A stretch of DNA of 51,562 bases, taken from the IMG/VR virus record IMGVR_UViG_3300021082_000031, positions 1 through 51,562 of that record; one strand, given 5' to 3'. This DNA comes from a virus. Its lineage: Duplodnaviria > Caudoviricetes. Under the pieces are notes generated by a model that did no database searches, was not told the origin of the DNA, and worked only from the letters and a program-made list of their open reading frames with translations. Positions 1-7,488 of this stretch are shown here, one piece after another. The first letter of the stretch is position 1, and every line of letters begins with the position of its first letter. A program made the position numbers and the translations under genes.

Positions 1-153
1 CCTCGCGCGCACACACACACACACGCGCGCAGGCGCGACGTAGATCTTTGTTTTAGTACCTCCTACTTCTAGTGATCTACAGAGTCAGAGTCAGAGGGAC
101 CCCCTTCGAAGGGGGTTCGAACACCCTTCCGACCCCCTTACCTTTCCCCGTAG

Positions 154-166
154 AATCAACAACTTA
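154..166 (+). promoter_or_regulatory. IHF-consensus binding site
   Basis: AATCAACAACTTA matches WATCAANNNNTTR exactly and lies in an AT-richer patch of the non-coding end. Confidence 0.55.
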
Positions 167-224
167 GAAAAGTCGCCATCCCTAGCTAGATATTGTTAGT
201 AAAACCAAGGGACTTCCTGGCCCC

Positions 225-253
225 CAACCTTGAGGTACAACGTGTCAAGGTTG
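225..253. repeat. Inverted repeat, 9-bp arms and 11-bp spacer (operator-like)
   Basis: CAACCTTGA-N11-TCAAGGTTG. Confidence 0.6.
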
Positions 254-527
254 TGAGTAGGAATACCCACACTCCACCCGCCTCCCCACCTTGGGCGTCT
301 CCCCCACTTTCCCCTACTCGCTGTAGGCTGAACGACAGAACGCCGGTCCAGTCCCCCGGCCTTCAGGAGCGCCAGGTAGTCCTGCCCATCGGCTCACCCC
401 TCCCTCGAGCCGCTACATGCGAACACCTGGCGCTCCGCACGCCCCTCCACCCCCCTCCACCGCGCTCCACCGCGACCCCACAGGTTCCTAAACGCCAGCT
501 TCCCAGCCTGCCTGATCGCTCCCCCTG

Positions 528-560
528 CCCCCCGCCGGGGGCGGGGGCCCCGGCGGGGGG
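528..560. repeat. Perfect 13-bp GC hairpin
   Basis: CCCCCCGCCGGGG (528-540) and CCCCGGCGGGGGG (548-560) with a 7-nt loop. Confidence 0.7.
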
Positions 561-653
561 GTTTCCGCCGTTTCCGGCGTTTCCGCGAGCCCGAGGCGAG
601 CGTTTCCGGCCGCCCAAGCGGCCTGGCTGTGCCGTTTCCGTTCGGGCGTTTCC
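561..653 (+). repeat. Iteron-like GTTTCC array (6 copies)
   Basis: GTTTCC at 561, 570, 579, 602, 634 and 648; the first three have a 9-bp period. Confidence 0.6.
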
Positions 654-738
654 AGCCTCGAGCGCCTCGAGCCCGCCGGCGCTGGCCGACCGGGCATGTC
701 GCCTCGAGCGCCTCGCCGGCTCGCGTCTCGCGGTGCAG

Positions 739-754
739 TGTTCCACGTGGAACA
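739..754. promoter_or_regulatory. parS: parS centromere-like site (ParB/Spo0J binding)
   Basis: TGTTCCACGTGGAACA is a perfect palindrome matching the chromosomal parS consensus TGTTNCACGTGAAACA family; the palindrome extends to 738-755. Confidence 0.85.
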
Positions 755-785
755 CACGTGCCGGCATGGCTCGCCCCTCGAGCGT

Positions 786-825
786 GCTAGGTCATGCGCC
801 CAATCTGACGCTAGGGCATGCGCCC
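786..825 (+). repeat. 16-bp direct repeat upstream of the early promoter
   Basis: GCTAGGTCATGCGCCC (786-801) and GCTAGGGCATGCGCCC (810-825). Confidence 0.6.
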
Positions 826-912
826 GAAGGTAGGGCAAACGCCACACTTGTCGGCCGGCCGACATCGGTCGGCGAGTCGGCGCCCCGCGTCTCGTGGCTC
901 CTCACTTGGTGC

Positions 913-942
913 TTGACGGCTCGGCGAGCGGTGTGGTAGTCT
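913..942 (+). promoter_or_regulatory. sigma70-like early promoter
   Basis: TTGACG-N18-TAGTCT with TG upstream of the -10; about 90 bp before the first gene. Confidence 0.6.
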
Positions 943-1030
943 GGCGACCTCGGGCGCGTAAAAAGCCTGGGACGCGCGACTGGCCGTCGCATGGAGCGAG
1001 GGCGAACCAAGGCGCAACGAGGGGTGACAG

Positions 1031-1267
1031 ATGGCGACAGCGAGACAGCACAGAGCGAGTGCGGGAGCGTGGCGGCAGTTGGCCGAGGAGTTCGGGCGCA
1101 AGGCCTTGCGAGACGTCGAAGCGTTGACGGCGGTGCCTGGCGTGGTGACGCTGACGGAGCCGGAGCGGCGGCAGGTCGAAGCGTGGCTGGTGGCGAGCGT
1201 GCGCGATGCGTGCTACTTCGGGCGGCTGGCACAGATGGCGGCGCGCAACGCGCAGGGGGTGAAGTGA
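1031..1267 (+). CDS. Early hypothetical protein
   Basis: ATG preceded by GGGGTGA SD; coupled to the next gene. Confidence 0.75.
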   Translation: MATARQHRASAGAWRQLAEEFGRKALRDVEALTAVPGVVTLTEPERRQVEAWLVASVRDACYFGRLAQMAARNAQGVK

Positions 1268-1464
1268 TGGCGCGGGCCACGGTGGTGCTGGTGGTGTACG
1301 GGCTCGCGGGTGTGGGGCTTGGGCTGCTCGCGGGGGCGGCCTGGGTGGCAGTGGCGCGGCTGCTGTCGCGGTGCGTGGTGGGGCTCGTGTGGCCCGAGGA
1401 TGCGGAGCTCGCGCGGGTGGCGCGGGTTGGCCGAGGCGCGGGAGCAGCGGGCCCGCGGGTGTGA
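1267..1464 (+). CDS. Small membrane protein
   Basis: TGATG overlap, GGGGTGA SD, hydrophobic N-terminal half. Confidence 0.6.
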   Translation: MARATVVLVVYGLAGVGLGLLAGAAWVAVARLLSRCVVGLVWPEDAELARVARVGRGAGAAGPRV

Positions 1465-1473
1465 GGTGGGGCG

Positions 1474-1806
1474 ATGAGCCGGCCTGGGGTGGTGGTGCTC
1501 GCGGAGTACCCCAGCGCGCGCAGTGGGGCGCGGCTGGTGGCGACCATGCAGCGGCTCGCGGTGCTCGAGGCGCGCATGAGTGTCGAGCGGCTCCGCGCGG
1601 GCGACTTCGTCGGCGCGCACATGGCGGCCGAGCGTGCCGAGGTTGAAGCGCGGGCGACGGGCTGGCTGGTGATGGCAGAGGCGGCGATGCGGATGCAACG
1701 GCGCGCGAACTTCGCGTTGTTGGAGCAGAGCATCAGGGACGCGCAGCAAGCTGCACAGGCCGACTACTGGTGTGGCCTGGCGATGACGGATCGGGGGCTC
1801 TGGTGA
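1474..1806 (+). CDS. Early hypothetical protein
   Basis: GAGGTGGGG SD; helical composition. Confidence 0.7.
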   Translation: MSRPGVVVLAEYPSARSGARLVATMQRLAVLEARMSVERLRAGDFVGAHMAAERAEVEARATGWLVMAEAAMRMQRRANFALLEQSIRDAQQAAQADYWCGLAMTDRGLW

Positions 1807-2360
1807 GTGGCGCGCGTGCAGTCGTGGCGCGCGACCTCGCGCAAGCGGCGGCCTGGCGCGCGGTAGCTTCGGCTGCCGCGCGAGCGGCGCGCACGTTGCC
1901 GGCAGGGTGGACGAGCGTGCGACAGGAGGCCTACGGCGAGGCCATCGCAGCGGCGCGGGAGTGGCTCGCGTCGGCGCGGTCGGTACGGCTGGAGCTCGAG
2001 CCGCGGCCCGCGTGCAGCGGGTGTCCCGATGGCTGCCGGGAGTGTGAGGAGCTCAACATGCCGCGAAAGCGACTGGACGAGCGGAGGGGCGTCGTGAGCG
2101 GCGATCTTGGGCTCAGCCGACCGATGCGCATGGATTGGTCAACGGTCAAGCCTGGGGACCGTCTCGAAGTCTGGAGCGGGCGCGGGTTCGAAGTGGTCCT
2201 CGTCGTCGAGGTGCGAGACGAGGATCTCGGATCGCCCCTGTTCCCGCGTGTCGAGCGGGCGGTACTCGTGCGGACCTTGGAGGAGGGTGGATCGTGCGGG
2301 TTGCGGCGACTGTGGCAGAGCAGTGCGCGCGTCCGGTTGCATGAGGTGAGTCTGTTCTAG
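1803..2360 (+). CDS. Early hypothetical protein (CxxC-CxxC motif)
   Basis: GTGA overlap; CSGCPDGCREC. Confidence 0.6.
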   Translation: MSGARAVVARDLAQAAAWRAVASAAARAARTLPAGWTSVRQEAYGEAIAAAREWLASARSVRLELEPRPACSGCPDGCRECEELNMPRKRLDERRGVVSGDLGLSRPMRMDWSTVKPGDRLEVWSGRGFEVVLVVEVRDEDLGSPLFPRVERAVLVRTLEEGGSCGLRRLWQSSARVRLHEVSLF

Positions 2361-2438
2361 TGGGCCAGTGTGGGCCCGTCAGGTGGCAGCCTGGCGGGCC
2401 CGAGCGGGCGCACTAGGGCGCACGAGTAGGGGTGAGAC

Positions 2439-2771
2439 ATGAACGCGAAGATCGAGACGGCCGAGGCCGTCACCATCAAGTTGAGCGGGTTCAACGAGCA
2501 GAGCAGCCCGGCGGGCAAGCTGGCCGACGCGGAGATCCACTTCGGACCTGGGGCCGGGTTGTTGGCCGGGTTGAAACTGATCGGCTTTGCGGTGTGGGAG
2601 CGGCGTACCGCGAGCAGCCGGCGCAACGTCACCTTTCCCTCGCGGACGTACAGCGTGAACGGCGAGCGGCGATCCTTCGCCCTGTTGCGCCCGACCGAGG
2701 ACGTCGGCGCGCAGGACGCGCTACGAGACGCCATCCTGGCGGCCTACGCCGAACACGAGGCGGTGCGCTAG
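2439..2771 (+). CDS. SpoVG-like nucleic-acid-binding protein
   Basis: KLADAEIHF..GLKLIGFAVWER..NVTFPSR..LRDAILAAY pattern resembles the SpoVG fold; strong SD. Confidence 0.65.
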   Translation: MNAKIETAEAVTIKLSGFNEQSSPAGKLADAEIHFGPGAGLLAGLKLIGFAVWERRTASSRRNVTFPSRTYSVNGERRSFALLRPTEDVGAQDALRDAILAAYAEHEAVR

Positions 2772-3130
2772 TGGGGTGGTCGGGGCCCCGCGAGGGCTAC
2801 CGCAGCATCGCTGCCGCCATCAATGCCGAGTTCAACCCGGAGCACATCGACGAGCAGCGGATCGTGGGGCCTGGCCTGGCGTGGGTCCTGCTGAACGCGA
2901 GCGCCACCGAGAGCGGCGAGCCGCTGATCTGCTGTGTGCTGCTCGAAGGTGGACTCGCCAAGATCATGAGCACGGCCGAGGGTCCGTATTACACCGGGTG
3001 TCCGCTGGCGTGGTACGCGCGTGTGCCAGTGGCCGAGTACGGGTACGACGCGGAGTGGCGGCGGCGCAACCGGGCCGCGGCGCAGGACGGCCAGGATCGG
3101 CGGCGCAGTCTCGGCGCGGGGGTGCACTGA
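2771..3130 (+). CDS. DUF6927-like protein
   Basis: KIMSTAEGPYYTGCPLAW..AEWR motif; TAGTG overlap. Confidence 0.55.
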   Translation: MGWSGPREGYRSIAAAINAEFNPEHIDEQRIVGPGLAWVLLNASATESGEPLICCVLLEGGLAKIMSTAEGPYYTGCPLAWYARVPVAEYGYDAEWRRRNRAAAQDGQDRRRSLGAGVH

Positions 3131-3336
3131 TGGCGCGGTGTGAGGACTTCCCCTGTTGCGGCCACGAGGCCGGCGATTGCCCACGGATTGATCGCCAGGG
3201 GCGCGAACGCTGGCGGTGCGTCGAGTGTGGCAAGACGTTACCGCGGGCGGCGACGTCGTCGATCTGCGCGTCGTGCATGCGGGCCGCGCGTCGGCGGTAC
3301 ACCGAAACCGGCGAGATGTTCAGCGACCGAGACTAG
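3130..3336 (+). CDS. Small Cys-rich Zn-finger protein
   Basis: CEDFPCCGH, CVEC and CASC motifs; TGATG overlap. Confidence 0.7.
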   Translation: MARCEDFPCCGHEAGDCPRIDRQGRERWRCVECGKTLPRAATSSICASCMRAARRRYTETGEMFSDRD

Positions 3337-3393
3337 ATCAACCAGGGGCGCGCGTCCTCGGGCGCGCGTCCACTTCTCAGGCAGGGGTGACAG

Positions 3394-3744
3394 ATGGATC
3401 CACAAGCGAACATCGAGGAGCAGGAGCGGATCATCACGCGACGGCTCGAGGGGACACCGCAACCAGACGACGAGGTGAGGCTTGCCGAACTCCGGATCGC
3501 GTTGCGTGGCTGGCTCGCCGCGGGCGGGTTCCAGCCGACCTGGACCACCGCACCGCGGGCCGCGTGCTACTTCGCGGCGCATCGGTTGATCGACCCGCGG
3601 CGCCAGCGCGAGGCGGCCGCCGCGAGCTTGACGGCCGTGCTCCGCGAGATCGCGGGCCTGGCGCCCAGCACCACCGACGACGACGGGCCCACCACCGGAG
3701 GCGCGCACGGCGCGCGGGTGCTGCCGTTCCGGGTGAAGTCGTGA
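3394..3744 (+). CDS. Phage hypothetical protein (MDPxAN.. type)
   Basis: GGGGTGACAGATG start; LRGWLAAGGFQP motif. Confidence 0.75.
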   Translation: MDPQANIEEQERIITRRLEGTPQPDDEVRLAELRIALRGWLAAGGFQPTWTTAPRAACYFAAHRLIDPRRQREAAAASLTAVLREIAGLAPSTTDDDGPTTGGAHGARVLPFRVKS

Positions 3745-3986
3745 GCGGCACCGCGGCGGCCGTCCCGTGGTCCTGGCGCGTCCTCGAGGTACGCGGCCAG
3801 AGCGCACGCGGGGGCGGCGTCCTGTTCCTGCGCATCCCGCGCGAACTCCAACGGCCGATGGTGGGCGCGTGCGCGTGCGACTACTGCGCGGCGCACCCGC
3901 TTGAGGCGCCGACGTGGGACACGCTCGCCGTCCCGACCACAGCGGGCGAGTACACCTACGCCGTGCACCTCCCGGGGGCCAAATGA
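3741..3986 (+). CDS. Hypothetical protein (CxCxxC)
   Basis: GTGA and ATGA overlaps at both ends. Confidence 0.6.
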   Translation: MSGTAAAVPWSWRVLEVRGQSARGGGVLFLRIPRELQRPMVGACACDYCAAHPLEAPTWDTLAVPTTAGEYTYAVHLPGAK

Positions 3987-4195
3987 GCCCGGCGACCGAG
4001 CAGCACGCCGCACGCATCGCGCGACGGATGATCGCGCACTACGGGCGCGCGTATGCGGCCGCCGAGGCCGCGCACGACCACGCGACCGATCATCCACAGG
4101 GCTCGCATGGGCGGGCCTACTGGCAGGCCGTGCGGCGCGCGATCTTGCGCCTGGCGGCCGAGAGCGTCAAACCACGATCACGGGGTGACAGATGA
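3983..4195 (+). CDS. Hypothetical protein
   Basis: ATGA overlaps at both ends. Confidence 0.65.
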   Translation: MSPATEQHAARIARRMIAHYGRAYAAAEAAHDHATDHPQGSHGRAYWQAVRRAILRLAAESVKPRSRGDR

Positions 4196-4581
4196 ACAAG
4201 TACAAGCGCAGCGATCCGAACTACACCACCGACACCGGGCGCGTGTTTGCGGACCCGCACGAGCCGGGGATCAAGGCGGCGATCCTGGCCGACGGGTTGC
4301 TTAGTTTTGCGGCGCTCGCCGATCAATTGGACGCGGCCGGGCTGCGTGGCCTGGCGGGGTATTGCCGCAACAACTCGATCCACTTAGGACCCGACGACAT
4401 GCCGACGCGGCGCGGCTTTTGGATCGGCGCGGCCGAGTACCTCGAGGCGCTCGCAGCCGAGCGGCTCGAGGAGCGCGCGCCCTTGCTGCCACCGGAGGCC
4501 GACGCGGCGGGGGAGGCCTTCCTTGACGAGCAGATCGCCGCGCTCGAGGCGCAGCGGCGCGACGACGAGGCGGGATCGTGA
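4192..4581 (+). CDS. Hypothetical protein
   Basis: GGGGTGACAGATG start. Confidence 0.75.
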   Translation: MNKYKRSDPNYTTDTGRVFADPHEPGIKAAILADGLLSFAALADQLDAAGLRGLAGYCRNNSIHLGPDDMPTRRGFWIGAAEYLEALAAERLEERAPLLPPEADAAGEAFLDEQIAALEAQRRDDEAGS

Positions 4582-4751
4582 GGCGCGCGAGGGTCGAGAT
4601 CTGCCGGGCTTGGGTGGCGACCGTGACCACCGCGGCCGGCGACGTTTACACGACCACCGTCCACGGACCCAACCCCACCGAGGCCGAGCAGCGTTACAGC
4701 GCGGCGCATCCTGGCGACCGCGTTGTGTTGCGGCTCGAGTTGCCGCGATGA
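4578..4751 (+). CDS. 57-aa hypothetical protein (not in ORF track)
   Basis: GTG..TGA fills the gap exactly, with 4-bp overlaps on both sides. Confidence 0.55.
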   Translation: MRRARVEICRAWVATVTTAAGDVYTTTVHGPNPTEAEQRYSAAHPGDRVVLRLELPR

Positions 4752-5032
4752 AGTCGCACGCGCGGATCTGGTTCGAGGTCCACACCGAGGGATCGCGACG
4801 ACAACACCGCGCAGCCGTGGCGGCTTGGGTCACACCAGGCCGCCCGGCGGCGCAGCTTGCGCAAGTACGCGCGGCGCTTGCGCAGCTTATGCACTTGCGC
4901 GCGTCCACCATCGGATCGGGCTCGTGGCGCGCGACGTTGCGCCACCGCTTGATCGTCGAGGCGCGCGATCTGCTCTATCACCTGCGACAAGCGCGGGCGG
5001 CCGGCGTCGTGCGCGTGCGGGTGCCGCGATGA
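4748..5032 (+). CDS. Hypothetical protein
   Basis: ATGA overlaps. Confidence 0.6.
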   Translation: MKSHARIWFEVHTEGSRRQHRAAVAAWVTPGRPAAQLAQVRAALAQLMHLRASTIGSGSWRATLRHRLIVEARDLLYHLRQARAAGVVRVRVPR

Positions 5033-5550
5033 TGACGGCGCGCGAGCGGGCCGCGGCACTCCGCAAGGAATACGGCGCATGCCGACCAGGCACGCCGGGA
5101 TGCGTCACCTGTGGCACATGCGGCCGGGCCTGGCTGCACGACATCGCACCATCGGCCCGCTGCCCGTGGGAATACACGAAGGAGCACCGACCACCGAAGG
5201 GGGACCGAATGACCGCACGCGGATCACGGCTACCACCAAAGCCGGAACCACCAAAGCCGAGAGAGGCCAAGACCATGAGCACGGACACGGGCGCACGCAC
5301 GGCGGCGACCCTTTACGAACTCCACAGCGACACCGGGCACACGGTGCTTGTTGAGGCGCCATCATGGCGCCGACACCAGCGGATCCCGACCGTGATCGCG
5401 TCGTGGGCGCGGGAGGTGTGGATCCCGTCGTTGCCTGGCGCGACGTCGGCGACGGTGGCCGAGGTGATCCCGCTGAAGTTCTACGCGGCGGCGCCCCACA
5501 CCATGAACCGGATCGCGCAGAGCATCGAGATCGGCAGCATCGAGAAGTAA
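5029..5550 (+). CDS. Hypothetical protein (Zn motif; possibly two fused modules)
   Basis: CGTCGRAW..ARCPWE motif, Pro-rich linker, internal ATG at 5275. Confidence 0.55.
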   Translation: MMTARERAAALRKEYGACRPGTPGCVTCGTCGRAWLHDIAPSARCPWEYTKEHRPPKGDRMTARGSRLPPKPEPPKPREAKTMSTDTGARTAATLYELHSDTGHTVLVEAPSWRRHQRIPTVIASWAREVWIPSLPGATSATVAEVIPLKFYAAAPHTMNRIAQSIEIGSIEK

Positions 5551-5568
5551 TCACGGAGGGGTGACGAC

Positions 5569-6006
5569 ATGACCACACAGAAAACCATCACGATCCCACT
5601 GATCAACCAGCGGCCGATCCGCATCATGGCGGATCGCTGGCTGATCATCGCGTCGGCCGAGGAATGGAACGGGCAGGAGCGCTGCCAGGCCAACCGCGAA
5701 CACACGCTCATCGTGCGCGAGGAAAGCAACGATCTCAACGCGGACGTGTGCGGGCGCATCCTCGTCCACGGGTCCTATGAAACGCAATGGGCCAACGAGC
5801 ATCAGCGAAAGGCCGGGCTACTGCTCGATGCGTTCATGGTGCTGGGCGATGACTACTGGCCGGCGATCATCCGCGCGATCCGGGAGGTCGGCACCGAGAT
5901 CGGCATGACCGAGCGCGGGATCAAGGAGTGCATCGCGGATCTGCCGCCGCGGGACATCGACGAGGGCGAACCAACGCAGGACAACAACGAAGGGGTGACG
6001 AAATGA
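5569..6006 (+). CDS. Hypothetical protein
   Basis: GGAGGGGTGA SD; globular composition. Confidence 0.75.
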   Translation: MTTQKTITIPLINQRPIRIMADRWLIIASAEEWNGQERCQANREHTLIVREESNDLNADVCGRILVHGSYETQWANEHQRKAGLLLDAFMVLGDDYWPAIIRAIREVGTEIGMTERGIKECIADLPPRDIDEGEPTQDNNEGVTK

Positions 6007-6866
6007 CGTACAGAGAACGCAGAGAGCGCAGGGCGGAACGGTTGCGGGAGTGGGCCGACAAGCGCGCAGCGAAAAGCGCGGCGGGGTTTCAGGCCGCCAA
6101 GCGGATCGCCGACGGGATCCCGTTCGGGCAGCCGATCCTAGTCGGGCACCATTCAGAGAAGCACCACCGGGCCGACATCGCGCGGATTGATAGCGGGATG
6201 CGGCGCGGGATCGAGAACGAAAACAAAGCGGCCGAAATGCGCAGCAAGGCCGCGAACATCGACGCCGCGGCCGACGCGGCGATCTACTCCGATGATCCCG
6301 ACGCCATCGAGGCATTGACGGCGAAGCTCGAGCGCCTCGAGGCCGAGCGCGAGCGGTGCAAGGTGATCAACAAGGCGATCCGAAAGCACGGGCTCGCGCT
6401 GCTGATGGAAGAGGCGAAGAACGGCGAGCCGATCCACCTGTTGCCGGCACTGACCGCGCGAGAGGCGGCGGATCTCCTGTCGGTCGTGCGTCATCAGCCG
6501 TATTACAACGCCGAGTCTAAGGGCTTCCCGCCCTACCACACGGCGAACTTGGGCGGCAACATCACGCGCGCCCGGCAGCGGCTCGCCGGGCTCAAGCGGG
6601 ACCAAGAGAACCGCGACCAGTGGCCCGAGGACACCGGCACGCGCGAACGGGTCGCGCTCGTGTGGTTCCTCGTCGAACACGGCGAAAGCGTCGACGCGAT
6701 CCCGGCGTGGCAGTTCGACACGCACCGCGACGAGTGGAGCCGCGACGACGGCGCGCGCGTGTTCCGGGTCGGCCCGCGCGGCGAAGCCTCGGCGTGCTTT
6801 GAAGCGCTGGAGGCGCGCGGCTACCCGCGGCGCGCGGTGTACTTCACCATCGGGGGGCGATCATGA
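6003..6866 (+). CDS. DUF3560 domain protein
   Basis: GIPFGQPILVGHHSE and IYSDDPDAIEAL signature. Confidence 0.85.
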   Translation: MTYRERRERRAERLREWADKRAAKSAAGFQAAKRIADGIPFGQPILVGHHSEKHHRADIARIDSGMRRGIENENKAAEMRSKAANIDAAADAAIYSDDPDAIEALTAKLERLEAERERCKVINKAIRKHGLALLMEEAKNGEPIHLLPALTAREAADLLSVVRHQPYYNAESKGFPPYHTANLGGNITRARQRLAGLKRDQENRDQWPEDTGTRERVALVWFLVEHGESVDAIPAWQFDTHRDEWSRDDGARVFRVGPRGEASACFEALEARGYPRRAVYFTIGGRS

Positions 6867-7339
6867 GCGCGCCCGACGTCCTGATCGCCGTCTATCCCGA
6901 GGACCACCCGCGCGCCTGGCAAAGCATCATCGCGGAGCTTGCGCCCGACGAGGCCGGCACGCTGCGATCCACCTACGGCCGGCAAACGGTCGAGGAACTC
7001 AGCGCCGAGGAACGCGGCCCGATCCGTGTGATGACGTGGGCCGAGTGGAAGGCCGGCGCCTCGGCGGCGCAGGCCGCGATCCCGGTCAAGTGGGAGGCGA
7101 TCACCGAGGCGCGCTATTGGGAACTGCTCGAGGTCCTGCCGCCGATCAATTGGAGCGGCGGCGCGTTCATGGTGTCCGAGGCCTGCGATCACGATTGGGC
7201 CACCGGGCGCGAGCGGTACCAGGCCGTGCGCGAGTGTGGGAGCGCACCCTACTACCGGACGTGGGATGCATCCTCGAGGCCGGTCACACACGCCGAACTG
7301 GCCGCCAACCGCGCCACGCCGCGCGGGGTGCGGTGGTGA
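6863..7339 (+). CDS. DUF1419-like protein
   Basis: ITEARYWELLEVLPP..AFMVSE motif. Confidence 0.6.
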   Translation: MSAPDVLIAVYPEDHPRAWQSIIAELAPDEAGTLRSTYGRQTVEELSAEERGPIRVMTWAEWKAGASAAQAAIPVKWEAITEARYWELLEVLPPINWSGGAFMVSEACDHDWATGRERYQAVRECGSAPYYRTWDASSRPVTHAELAANRATPRGVRW

Positions 7340-7410
7340 TTCCCTACTACCTGGGCGCGCTGCTGTTCGCGCTGCTGGTGATCCTGTGGATGCGCTACAC
7401 TGACGGCTGA
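7336..7410 (+). CDS. 24-aa single-TM peptide
   Basis: GTGA overlap; IPYYLGALLFALLVILWMRY. Confidence 0.5.
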   Translation: MIPYYLGALLFALLVILWMRYTDG

Positions 7411-7440
7411 TCGTTCGCGATCCGTCGTCACCCCGACGAG

Positions 7441-7488
7441 AGCGGCCCGATTCCCTCGGCAGGGGGGATCGGGCCGTTCTGCTGTTTT
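7441..7488. terminator. Bidirectional intrinsic terminator between convergent operons
   Basis: AGCGGCCCGATTCCCTC-GGCA-GGGGGGATCGGGCCGTT hairpin followed by a T-rich tail. Confidence 0.75.

Noticed and set aside
225-253. Possible dif/Xer or att site
   Set aside because: Does not fit the 11-6-11 dif consensus, and no integrase is seen
561-825. Possible CRISPR array
   Set aside because: Repeats are too short and irregular, with no unique spacers of constant length and no cas genes
193-939. ORFs across the left end (193-939 +, 363-767 -, 488-865 -)
   Set aside because: Low-complexity Pro/Arg translations over repeats and parS, no RBS; treated as non-coding
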